A stretch of 64,000 bases of DNA from an uncultured virus (IMG/VR IMGVR_UViG_3300026549_002537). Taxonomy: Duplodnaviria; Heunggongvirae; Uroviricota; Caudoviricetes. The notes beneath the pieces were generated by a model. It did no database searches. It saw only the letters and a list, made by a program, of their open reading frames with translations, and had not been told where the DNA came from. Made by a program: the position numbers and the translations under genes. Shown piece after piece: positions 29,101 to 37,043 of the stretch; the first letter of the stretch is position 1, and every line of letters begins with the position of its first letter. Location: IMG/VR virus record IMGVR_UViG_3300026549_002537. The stretch is one strand, 5' to 3'.

Positions 29101-30926
29101 TGCTGTCGGTACAGCTCTGTCATCTGTGCCGCAAGAGCTGCTGCCTGTGCCCTGCGCTTGAAGCTGTCAACGACATTCTGTGTATTGTTACGGAAGATGT
29201 CTTCGGCATCCTTTACACCGTTCACGCTGAGACCCAGTTCATTGAAAGCAGACTTGTTGTCCTTTATCCACTTCGTGCGCTGATGGTCAGAAGAAAGACG
29301 GTTCCACTCGCGTCTGAGTTCTGAGTATTTTGACATCATGCCAGCATAGCTGCTGGAAAGGGTGTTCTTATACTGCTCGGCGGCTTCCTTTGATTTCTCC
29401 AGGGCCTCTTGATGCAGTTTCTCGGCCTGTGTCGCCTCCTTCGTACCACTGGTAAAGAGCGCAATGGCACCTACAACGGAAATTAGGGCTGTCGCTAAAA
29501 GAACGTATGGATTCGCCTTGGCTACGACATTGAAAGCGGCCTGTGCCACCGTTGCAGCCTTGGTGACGATGATGTTCTTACCCTTGGCGGCAATAACCAG
29601 GTTCTCACCCAAAACGGCTGCTTTCCTCTGTAGGTTGGTAACACCTATCATGAGCGCACTTTCCTTCTGCAAATTGTTCTGGATAACAGACAGGGCATTG
29701 CTGATGGCAAGTGAGGCCTGTAGCTTCGTCTGGATAGCTATTAGGTCTTCCTGCTCGGCACCGAAGAGCGCCGCCGCTCCAGTGACCGCACCGATGGATG
29801 AAGTGACCACGTTGAAACCTCCTGCCAGAGCGTCGAAGTTCTTAGTGTCACTGGCAGTTGACGTGATGGCCCTGTTTACGTCTGCCATGGCGTCTCTTAG
29901 GTCTCCTGCGCGTGTTGTCAGCTCCTGCAGCTTCATCATCAACTCTCTGCCTGCCGAAGAACGCTTTTCCTCGTCTGACATCTGTCGGTAGTTCAATGTG
30001 AGAGTGGCAATCTCTACGGTGAGGTTCCGTAACTGTGTTCTTAGGTTCATAGTGGAGTCACCATGGAAAGTCATCTTAACCTTCTCATGCTCTGACCTCA
30101 GATTCACCAGCTCCATCTTCGCACTCTGCAACTGATCAGCCAGGGCATCATATTTCATGGTGGCATCGTCAATGGCTTGGGTGTCACCGCTTGCCTTGGC
30201 GTTTTCAAGGGCAGTTGCAGCATCATTCAGCTTGTTAGATAGCTCGGCAACCTTTCCAGTCTGTTTGTCAACAGCGTCACTCAACTGGAAGAATCTCTGA
30301 GAGACCTCTGCGGCCTTCTCACCATCCTCACCGAGTGCGGCTGCTGCCTCCACCGCCTTCATCTGTGCACCTCTCAGTTCGTCCTGCATGCCTGAAAGCT
30401 GGGAGCGAAGCCCCTGCAGATCAGACTCAGAACCTTCGAATGTGGCTATCTGCATACGCAAGTCCTCGATGCCGGAGGTGAGACGCTGGACGTTCCTGTA
30501 TTCTTCTTCCGTGTTGAACAGCATGGGGGCTGTGACGTTCCCGGTGCTGTTGCCTGCCATTGCGTTGACCATAGCGAGGGCATCACGGTACTCGTTCGTC
30601 TCATTAATGAGTTCCTGCATGCTCTTTGCCTCGGCCTCGATATCATTGGTGATAACCTCGAATAGCTTGGTGTCGCCGCTGTTGAATGCTGCTTCTGCAT
30701 CCTTCTTCCACTTGTTGATGGTGTTCTGATGGCGCAGGATAACGTCTTCATTGTCACGGATGACCTTGCTCAAAGCCTCTATCTTATCATCAACCGTAGC
30801 GATGTTGAAATTCTTACCGACTTCCTCGATAATCTTGGAAGTCCTACTCACATCATCCCGAACCTGCTTCATTGAGTCGAGGAAATTCTTGTTGTCGCCT
30901 GTGATGTCAAACTTGATTGATGCCAT
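26193..30926 (-). CDS. Tail tape measure protein
   Basis: ~1580 aa, coiled-coil and Ala/Gly/Ile-rich; ANPYVLLATAL, GQEINGRFTALQ. Confidence 0.9.
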   Translation of the reverse strand: MASIKFDITGDNKNFLDSMKQVRDDVSRTSKIIEEVGKNFNIATVDDKIEALSKVIRDNEDVILRHQNTINKWKKDAEAAFNSGDTKLFEVITNDIEAEAKSMQELINETNEYRDALAMVNAMAGNSTGNVTAPMLFNTEEEYRNVQRLTSGIEDLRMQIATFEGSESDLQGLRSQLSGMQDELRGAQMKAVEAAAALGEDGEKAAEVSQRFFQLSDAVDKQTGKVAELSNKLNDAATALENAKASGDTQAIDDATMKYDALADQLQSAKMELVNLRSEHEKVKMTFHGDSTMNLRTQLRNLTVEIATLTLNYRQMSDEEKRSSAGRELMMKLQELTTRAGDLRDAMADVNRAITSTASDTKNFDALAGGFNVVTSSIGAVTGAAALFGAEQEDLIAIQTKLQASLAISNALSVIQNNLQKESALMIGVTNLQRKAAVLGENLVIAAKGKNIIVTKAATVAQAAFNVVAKANPYVLLATALISVVGAIALFTSGTKEATQAEKLHQEALEKSKEAAEQYKNTLSSSYAGMMSKYSELRREWNRLSSDHQRTKWIKDNKSAFNELGLSVNGVKDAEDIFRNNTQNVVDSFKRRAQAAALAAQMTELYRQQMDLEQKYYDRYNTRKVYQGQAAPEGTSMYADRTGGTYNGGRYTYNQGSGKFAFTAKGAEEYNAALLESDASLVQINNDWKAIGDKIDDIDGKLQSLGETSTKKLSPSATTTGNTVNAANDGRKLLEERYRQQRELERTNRELELQTRQAEIDMMADGNDKVLAQIQLDFQRRAFEIEKGFEDLRQKKIENARKLWEADPKNKDKAFDPNSVDTTPTAVEQKNYDVRIQSNIEEYKRQIESLSKQELQYLYDFLSEYGTMEQKRYAVIMDYEEKITKETSENKKKLLEAERNSLLSQIEAQSIAEDIDWSQTFSGIGNVLQEIAKDTLKKVDDYMNTDEYKKLNASDKKSYQDLRNELVDAGGVDARSPFKSSTWDEISRLANQYKADVSSFLETQQRHKDAVDALIKAQEELKKATTPAAKALAQIKVDEAQATVNSTATEVNDAKDKKDKSNRDLHDATEAATQGLQNFSTILSQITSGTLSGFAVGVANLINQLSGSGNKVVASLGELGGKIGGIIGAILQIIDALGEDPAGFIKDLLDRIARVVEAILSDLPQLVVNIIGGVLNIVGGIIKGIGNLFSGSAAFGSNKDEMEARIEELKTANEALSKSIDDLAEVISRSDSTNKESIEAYQKQLQAAKEWQQNQRNAIDARASEWSNSGHGFMGLGGEHSFNYYLPDNTWSGWAKFSEVLRQNGYNTNVNRNNIWGLSPEEMQLLRDFAPAEWAKLLNGDGESNPKDLIDEYIESAGQIEELTSALNEKLTGYSWDGFLDSYKTLIKNLTSTTEDFGDKIEDIISNALLESLVNEEYRDRIKALYKYIADHAGDGLDETELNYIRSENEKIANEMIARRQNLIDAGLIKPTEDSEKYEQKASQGGWQSLGEDTGQEINGRFTALQASGERISEGIITMVTTMAAIYTNTETGNLTLLEIRNLMITNNAFLEDILEATKVIYKDFGKKLDKINSNTK

Positions 30927-30986
30927 ATAATTCCATTGTTTCTGATTCAACTATGATTGGCCTACCAGCCTTTTTGAAATAGGGCG

Positions 30987-31733
30987 TCAATTCTGTCCTG
31001 ACGCCCCAATCCCTCTGTCCTTTAACGCTGCCATGATTTTCTCGGCATTAGCGGGGTCGCTTGCATCAAGGAAACGGCCTCCAGCGTCACTCGGAATCTC
31101 CTGCATCTCTTCGTCGGTGCAATGGATGGACGTTATCTTGTCTGCAAGAATCAGCCGTAGATAGGAGAAACCACGCTCATACACGATCTCGTCATCTGAG
31201 TACCCCATTTCCTTTAGCTGGCCGATGAACGTACCGAACATCGACTTACCACAGAAATAGAGGGTGTTCTTATCGTTCCTGCGCTTGATTTCCATGACTT
31301 TCGCCAGTCTCTCACGCTCAATGTCCAGACCGTAATATTTGATGATTTCGTCCGTTTTGTCAGCGGACAGGACGTATATCATCAGCGACGCTAGGTCTTC
31401 TCTGTCGATTTCCTTGGCGAAGTGCTTCTGCCTCTTCTCGATTGCTTTGATATCATATAGGGCTTTCCTGGTGTTCTCTGCGGTGTGGTAGGCGATGATA
31501 TGGCAACAGTCTTCACGCTTGGACTTTGCCAGACGTAAAGCTTCCATATACGGGTTTGACTTCAACAGCTTCTCATTGATGTCGAGAGCGTCAATCTGCC
31601 TTTTAAGCAGGAACATCTTAGCGAGGGTGATGGGATAGAGATAAAAATGCTTACGGCCTACCACGAATCCGTGAGGTCTGCCGATAATTACATCTGCGAT
31701 GTCATATTCAATGTCTTTTGTCTCTATCTTCAC
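30987..31733 (-). CDS. Putative tail assembly chaperone
   Basis: Position between the tail tube and tape measure genes; LYPITLAK motif. Confidence 0.6.
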   Translation of the reverse strand: MKIETKDIEYDIADVIIGRPHGFVVGRKHFYLYPITLAKMFLLKRQIDALDINEKLLKSNPYMEALRLAKSKREDCCHIIAYHTAENTRKALYDIKAIEKRQKHFAKEIDREDLASLMIYVLSADKTDEIIKYYGLDIERERLAKVMEIKRRNDKNTLYFCGKSMFGTFIGQLKEMGYSDDEIVYERGFSYLRLILADKITSIHCTDEEMQEIPSDAGGRFLDASDPANAEKIMAALKDRGIGASGQN

Positions 31734-31737
31734 ATTG

Positions 31738-31808
31738 TTCTGGGTACGAGGCTCGAACTCGTGACCTCTCCTGTATGAGGGAGTGTTCTACCACTGAACT
31801 AACCCAGA
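31738..31808 (-). tRNA. Degenerate tRNA with CAT-like anticodon (Met/Ile2), possibly a pseudo-tRNA
   Basis: Acceptor tctgggt/acccaga, D-arm gttc-agtggta-gaac, T-arm acgag-ttcgagc-ctcgt; anticodon arm 16 nt instead of 17; no encoded CCA. Confidence 0.7.
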
Positions 31809-31834
31809 TGTCGGCATTATACCGACAGCGAGTG

Positions 31835-32266
31835 TCAGCCTCCGGCAACTGCGCCTTTGGCTGCAAAGGTGATGTCTGTCAGCAGTCCGTTTGCATCGAC
31901 AGCGCCCTTTGTCTTCCACTTGGTGACCTCTACGAGACCATCCTTGGAATCGAATTTCACTGACACATGCTTGGAGCATCCTGTCAGGGTGCAACAGATT
32001 GCGCCAGTCAGTTCTGGCGTGACGGTTACACTACCAGCGTTCTCGGTATAACCGCACTGCACTTCGGCAGCGGAACCTACACGGCGGTGGTATGTCAGGA
32101 TGTACTTGTCGGGAGCTTTCTTGCGACCTTCAGCAGAGCCGCCTTCGATGTTGGCTTCCTGCTCCTGGCCCTCTTCACAAGAGAGGTCGGTAGAGCCATC
32201 GACAATGTCATCCTTACCGTCACAGGAGCATTTGCCCCATCCTAATACTTTTACAGGGTCTGGCAT
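31835..32266 (-). CDS. Putative major tail tube protein
   Basis: N-terminal VLGWGK motif; position after the tail terminator. Confidence 0.6.
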   Translation of the reverse strand: MPDPVKVLGWGKCSCDGKDDIVDGSTDLSCEEGQEQEANIEGGSAEGRKKAPDKYILTYHRRVGSAAEVQCGYTENAGSVTVTPELTGAICCTLTGCSKHVSVKFDSKDGLVEVTKWKTKGAVDANGLLTDITFAAKGAVAGG

Positions 32267-32285
32267 AATTCTTCAATTTAAGTTG

Positions 32286-32708
32286 TTATTCTGCACATCT
32301 TTTAAACTTGATTCGCGTATGAATGAATGTCTCTCCAGTTTGGGGATCATCGTAAGATTTGATTGTGGGCCTTTCATCTGCAGGTATCAGGTACTCCACA
32401 TTGGCCCACTGGTCGAGCCAGTCACGTATAAGCAGCTCCAAGGCATCGACACGGGCTATGTCCTTAACAGGCTCTGTGTCCTTGCCGAAGGGTTTCTTAG
32501 GCACGAACACGTTAACGACTACCACACCGTCTTGAATCTGCCCGTCTAGCCCGGCCACGAATGCGACCACAGCATCCTCGGCCTTGGAATTCCGCGGCCT
32601 GGTGCCGTCGCGGTACACTTGGCCTCCGATGGCTGATGCTATAGGGCTGTTCTTAACGAGACGGTAGAAGTCCTTTTCAATCTGTGTCTCGGTCTTGATG
32701 TTGCTCAT
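32286..32708 (-). CDS. Putative tail terminator/completion protein
   Basis: GQVYRDGTRP..S.AEDAVV; position in the head-tail module. Confidence 0.6.
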   Translation of the reverse strand: MSNIKTETQIEKDFYRLVKNSPIASAIGGQVYRDGTRPRNSKAEDAVVAFVAGLDGQIQDGVVVVNVFVPKKPFGKDTEPVKDIARVDALELLIRDWLDQWANVEYLIPADERPTIKSYDDPQTGETFIHTRIKFKRCAE

Positions 32709-33157
32709 TTCTTACTGACTTTGAATCCTATCTGTTCCAATAACTGCGGTACCAAACGCTCGGCAAGAAGCTCCGCTGACGTAAGGACGTTATAGCCGCG
32801 CCCTTCGACATAGGAGGCGTAATTCATTCCGGCCACTACAATGAGACAGATTCCAGAGGAATGCTCAGAGGCAAGGCGTTCAAGAAAGGCTTCCGCCTCC
32901 TTCGTGCCTTCCGTTCCATTCTTGACCAGATCCACTACATTCTTGCGAACGATTTGCCCGTCAACAACTACGACATAGCCGATGGACGAACGGAGGTTTC
33001 CCGTCTGATCCATGTAGGAGCCATTGTCCCTTGCCTCTGTGATACACCTGTTACCGACTTCGGAGAACGTGTCGATAAGGGCGTTCACGGCGTCTTCGAT
33101 GGCCACGTCAATGTAGGCATCTATCTCAGACTGAGGGGTGACTAACTTGATCGGCAT
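32705..33157 (-). CDS. HK97 gp10-like head-tail component
   Basis: DQTGNLRSSIGY...GMNYASYVE motif. Confidence 0.8.
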   Translation of the reverse strand: MPIKLVTPQSEIDAYIDVAIEDAVNALIDTFSEVGNRCITEARDNGSYMDQTGNLRSSIGYVVVVDGQIVRKNVVDLVKNGTEGTKEAEAFLERLASEHSSGICLIVVAGMNYASYVEGRGYNVLTSAELLAERLVPQLLEQIGFKVSKK

Positions 33158-33474
33158 CAGACAATGATTTTGATTCGGTCAAGGCACACTTCCTGAATGT
33201 CCTGCACCTTGAACTCACCAAGGTCTTTCCTGCCTCTGACAAGGCGCACGGTATCGGTGTCGAGACCACCGGGAATCCGCTCTATCAGCACTTCGTATGC
33301 CTCATTGGTGAATGTCCCGCTAATGCTGACTCCTTTATTGTCGTGCGTATTGGTCTTGATGAAGCAGCGGACAGGATCGCTCCAGACAGAATCGGCGACG
33401 ATGGGCTGGCCATCCTCGTCGAACTGCCCGGCGGCGGCTCCGATTCTGTATGTCATTGTTCCGTTGGTACGCAT
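33157..33474 (-). CDS. Putative head-tail adaptor/stopper
   Basis: Position in the module; GQFDEDGQP motif. Confidence 0.55.
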   Translation of the reverse strand: MRTNGTMTYRIGAAAGQFDEDGQPIVADSVWSDPVRCFIKTNTHDNKGVSISGTFTNEAYEVLIERIPGGLDTDTVRLVRGRKDLGEFKVQDIQEVCLDRIKIIV

Positions 33475-33475
33475 A

Positions 33476-33814
33476 TCAGTACATTTCAGACCCGTCCTGG
33501 ATGACGGTCATACAATCAGAGAGATACTCGGAAGCATCCAGTCCGAACCGCTGGCACCAGAAGAGAATGTTCTTTTCCACCGCCTCGCGGTTTATGCTCA
33601 CGTTGATGCCACCCTCGCTGCGGGCAGACTCAACCCATCCCTTGACGACAACGATAGCGGCCTTGACGATTTCCACGTTATTAGGCACGGCATTGTCGCT
33701 TGGCTTGATGCCTGCATCCTCCAGCACGTCAATGAGCACGTCATCGTCGGCATAGCAGGTGTCGCATATCAGCTTGCACTTCGCCCTGAGTGCTTCCAAG
33801 TTAGTTCTTTCCAT
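33476..33814 (-). CDS. Putative head-tail connector (DUF6706-like)
   Basis: MERTNLEAL...SEGGINVS motif, immediately after the capsid gene. Confidence 0.6.
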   Translation of the reverse strand: MERTNLEALRAKCKLICDTCYADDDVLIDVLEDAGIKPSDNAVPNNVEIVKAAIVVVKGWVESARSEGGINVSINREAVEKNILFWCQRFGLDASEYLSDCMTVIQDGSEMY

Positions 33815-34914
33815 TACAGCTGGGTTTTGAGGGTATAGATATCCTGACCTTCCGTAATGATTGGCAAAGAGAGGGATTCTGCCTTGGTGAACTCACCGTG
33901 GTTGTCACCCTTGGTCTCGCCGACGTTCCACTGGCTGATGCGGATGCGACCGTAGTTGCTGTAGGCAACATCGGCCTCCTGCTTCAGCTCATTGTCGCTG
34001 TAGGCATTCTTGACCGTACCGAGCTTTCCATCCGGGATAGCCACAAGGTTCTTCTCGTTCCATGGAGTGTAGCTGAGGAACTGCTTGCCCTTCTGCACAC
34101 GCAGCTTGCGGCGCACCTTCTCGAAGACGGGATAATCGTTGCTCAGCATGTACTCGTTGATGTCCTTCAAGGTGACAATCTTCGAGGACTTGTCTGTGCC
34201 CCAGATCATCTGCTTCATCTTCTTTGTGCGGCACATGTAGCTGATACGGCTTGGCGCACACAGAATCTTCGAGATATTGGACTTATCCTCAGCAGCGTCA
34301 ATCAGCTCGAACACGTCCTCCATCGGGTCAACCGTATCAAGGTTGGCCTCCGTCCACTGGGTGTGAGCGGTGGCAAGGTTGGCCTGGGGGAAGTTCATGC
34401 TGAGACCGCCGCGGATCGGGCCCTCGGGGTTGTTCTGCTCGTTGAACTCGAACACACCGTGGTTAGACAGCAGACCGAGGAAAATCATGTCAAGCTTGCC
34501 CTCTACGGAGTTGACCACCGTCTGGACGTTGCCCCACATGATGTTAACCAGCTGCTTGGTCTTCTGCTTGTCACTGATGCTCTTGGAGTCGAGAATCTGG
34601 AGAATCTTACGATAGTCCTTCATGCTCAGAGGCAACGTGAGGGCGTGGTTCATCACGCTCTTCTTGATTGTCTCGATACCTTCCGTCTGGAGGATAGGCT
34701 CCTTGGAATCAATGCCAATGGTCGGAGCGACAACGGTGATGTTGTACTTGCCGACAAGTTCCTCGAAGTCAAGGCCGATTGTAGGATCGTCCCAGTCGAG
34801 AAAACGGGTGTAGAGAACCTTGTCAAAAAGCTGCTTCTGCAGCTCCGAGCCCTTGTCGATGCGAATCTGCACATTCTTAGTGAGTTCGCCAAAAAGTGAA
34901 CTGAGTTCTGCCAT
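33814..34914 (-). CDS. Major capsid protein
   Basis: 366 aa, phage major capsid E-like; follows the scaffold and decoration genes. Confidence 0.8.
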   Translation of the reverse strand: MAELSSLFGELTKNVQIRIDKGSELQKQLFDKVLYTRFLDWDDPTIGLDFEELVGKYNITVVAPTIGIDSKEPILQTEGIETIKKSVMNHALTLPLSMKDYRKILQILDSKSISDKQKTKQLVNIMWGNVQTVVNSVEGKLDMIFLGLLSNHGVFEFNEQNNPEGPIRGGLSMNFPQANLATAHTQWTEANLDTVDPMEDVFELIDAAEDKSNISKILCAPSRISYMCRTKKMKQMIWGTDKSSKIVTLKDINEYMLSNDYPVFEKVRRKLRVQKGKQFLSYTPWNEKNLVAIPDGKLGTVKNAYSDNELKQEADVAYSNYGRIRISQWNVGETKGDNHGEFTKAESLSLPIITEGQDIYTLKTQL

Positions 34915-34916
34915 AG

Positions 34917-35651
34917 TTACTGCTCAATGACTTTGATGTTTGGATTTGATTTCAGCACATAACCATCCTCCACAAGCCAGCTTTCGGGGAAGGCAGGGAG
35001 AATGTCTTTCAGAGCAACTGCGTCATACGCAGGAGAGAGAGCGGGGTAACGCTCCTTTACAAACTCTTCATCCTCGGCAAGGATAGAGTTAGGCACATAC
35101 TTCGGAGCGGCCTTCTGCAGCACAACGTAATCGTTGGCAGCGAGGGTCTTTTCACCGAGATACGGAGTGACAGAAGCGAGAGCAATCTGTCCCTCACTGG
35201 GCTCAGATGCGACAATCTTCAAGGCACCCTCTGTGGTGCTCTCAGCGTCGATGTAGCCGTAGTCGATAGCCTCCTGGATGAAGTGACCCTCTGCCAGCGT
35301 AGAGATAGCGGCATTGAGAGTCAGAACGTCATAGTCAGGGTTGCTGGTGTCGATGGACTTGATGGTTGTCGTCTTGGCATCGTTGGAGAGATCCATCACC
35401 GTGTCGCCAACCTGGAAGTAACCATCCTTCGCAACTCTCGGCTTGGTAGTGGTACCGCCAGTGAGAACCTTAGCCACCTTTACGACGGCACAGGTCAGCC
35501 CGGCGAGAACGGCAATCCAAGCACCCTTGTAGATTTTGGTACCTACAGGGAATTCCTGCACGGGCTTGAAACCTGCTGGCAGGATGCGTCGCTCCTGGCG
35601 CCAGAAGGGATTCGGATGCTTCGTGTAGGAAGTTGAAGCGAATTCAATCAT
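34917..35651 (-). CDS. Head decoration/fibre protein
   Basis: Position between scaffold and capsid; LPAGF and VKVAKV motifs. Confidence 0.55.
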   Translation of the reverse strand: MIEFASTSYTKHPNPFWRQERRILPAGFKPVQEFPVGTKIYKGAWIAVLAGLTCAVVKVAKVLTGGTTTKPRVAKDGYFQVGDTVMDLSNDAKTTTIKSIDTSNPDYDVLTLNAAISTLAEGHFIQEAIDYGYIDAESTTEGALKIVASEPSEGQIALASVTPYLGEKTLAANDYVVLQKAAPKYVPNSILAEDEEFVKERYPALSPAYDAVALKDILPAFPESWLVEDGYVLKSNPNIKVIEQ

Positions 35652-35656
35652 CGTTC

Positions 35657-36295
35657 TTAATCGGTTTTGTTGTCAGGCAATGATTTGGCCCACTCGTCGG
35701 CATCATCCTCCATTGCCTTTTGAGAGGATGATAAGATGTCAGCCTTTTCGACTGGCATCAGTTTGTTGGTGACCAGATCCTGCTTGTATTCCTTCAACTC
35801 CTTCTCGATGTCTGCGTCATCGGCAATGCTGAAACGCTTCATGAGGAAGTCGGGGATTCCAAGCTCTTTCGCTTTCAGAGTGATGGCTGCATGACGCTCG
35901 CCCTTGGCCTTCTCTGCTTTGAGTGCAGCATTTTCATCCTGCAATGCCTTTACGGCCGCATCGTTCTGCTTCTTGTATTTGCGGAACCATGCAGGGGGAT
36001 TCTTGCCGTCATCGTCGCCCTCATCGTCGTCACCTGTTCCCTCATCGTCATCATCCCCAGTCTTTTTGGACGTGGTCTTAGATTTGGGAGCCGTTTTGCG
36101 CGTCTTCCTCGTAATCTCCCCCTGGATAATCTTCGCAGTGGGAATGAGAGAATCCGCAGCACTGTTGATGTCCTCGTCTGAGGCATCGTCACCTAAACCC
36201 TCGGAAGCTGACTCGGCCAGCTCCTCGATTGCCTTGTCTGTCAATCCAAAGTCTTTGCATTTGTCTTGCAGAACCTTCAATAGTTTCTTATTCAT
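35657..36295 (-). CDS. Capsid scaffolding protein
   Basis: Acidic linker, PPAWF, AKELGIP, coiled coil. Confidence 0.7.
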   Translation of the reverse strand: MNKKLLKVLQDKCKDFGLTDKAIEELAESASEGLGDDASDEDINSAADSLIPTAKIIQGEITRKTRKTAPKSKTTSKKTGDDDDEGTGDDDEGDDDGKNPPAWFRKYKKQNDAAVKALQDENAALKAEKAKGERHAAITLKAKELGIPDFLMKRFSIADDADIEKELKEYKQDLVTNKLMPVEKADILSSSQKAMEDDADEWAKSLPDNKTD

Positions 36296-36349
36296 ATTTG
36301 TACAAAAAAGTGATTAATCGCGGCAAATTTACTCATTTTTATTGAGATA

Positions 36350-36364
36350 GTGCGTAATAAGCAC
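36350..36364. promoter_or_regulatory. Palindromic operator GTGCNTAAYAAGCAC (copy 1)
   Basis: gtgcgtaataagcac; related copies at 36482, 42312, 42380, 47468, 48748. Confidence 0.65.
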
Positions 36365-36520
36365 GAATAAATTTATCGTCTTTTAAAGTTAAACTTTCTT
36401 AAATAATTAGTAATAAAGGTGGTGCAAATCATAAAAACCTTGGATATGTTAAACATATTATATATTTTTGCATCATAAAACGTGCCTAACAAGCAATAAC
36501 AACATAATAATAAATAGGAT

Positions 36521-36646
36521 ATGAATCATCATGATAAAGTTGAAATGATCGGGTGTCTGGTAGGTTTCACCCTAATGGGTTTCTCGGCGATATCAATATT
36601 GATGTCGATCGCCATTGTGTTTCTGAGTCTGGCAGAAGGAATGTAG
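36521..36646 (+). CDS. Small transmembrane peptide (41 aa)
   Basis: Hand-translated MNHHDKVEMIGCLVGFTLMGFSAISILMSIAIVFLSLAEGM; TAnnTTTG box at 36463-36470. Confidence 0.45.
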   Translation: MNHHDKVEMIGCLVGFTLMGFSAISILMSIAIVFLSLAEGM

Positions 36647-36658
36647 TATAACAGGTTT

Positions 36659-36895
36659 ATGAAGAAGCGAAGGATCATTCACATAGAACTGAAAAAGCCT
36701 TTCGATGGCAAGCGTCATTTCTACTTCGGCTCGAAAAAGGCGATATTTGACGTTTTATCACACGATGCAGTGGGAATCACTTATGCCTACCTTGTGAACT
36801 CTGTAAAGCTACAGAATGGCCCCTACGAGAATAAAAAGTGTATCATCAGACAGGGTAATTTGATAACAACTTACCTGATTAGAGCAAAAAAGTGA
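36659..36895 (+). CDS. Small basic hypothetical protein (possible DNA-binding)
   Basis: HFYFGSKKAIF...GITY...PYENKKCIIRQG; 78 aa. Confidence 0.7.
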   Translation: MKKRRIIHIELKKPFDGKRHFYFGSKKAIFDVLSHDAVGITYAYLVNSVKLQNGPYENKKCIIRQGNLITTYLIRAKK

Positions 36896-36902
36896 CGAAT
36901 TA

Positions 36903-36934
36903 TTTGGAAGTATCGGAAATTATTCCTATATTTG
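36903..36934 (+). promoter_or_regulatory. Bacteroidetes sigma-A promoter (-33 TTTG, -7 TAnnTTTG)
   Basis: tttg at 36903-36906 and tatatttg at 36927-36934. Confidence 0.65.
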
Positions 36935-36938
36935 CAGC

Positions 36939-37040
36939 GCGGAATGAGAGAGGGAGGTCATGCCCCCGCATTCTGCACCAGTCTGGCGAGGGGGTGTTTA
37001 GCACAAATACGCATTAGGCGGTTTGCTCCGCCTTTTTTTA
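36939..37040 (+). ncRNA. Candidate small RNA with a tRNA acceptor-stem-like 5' hairpin
   Basis: Own promoter; GCGGAAT...ATTCTGC-A-CCA (36939-36980); ends in terminator aggcgg-tttgct-ccgcct plus T-run. Confidence 0.45.
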
Positions 37041-37043
37041 TTT

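Noticed and set aside
33898..34899. Long plus-strand ORFs opposite structural and replication genes (e.g. 333 aa here, 377 aa at 50867)
   Set aside because: Antisense shadows of well-supported minus-strand genes
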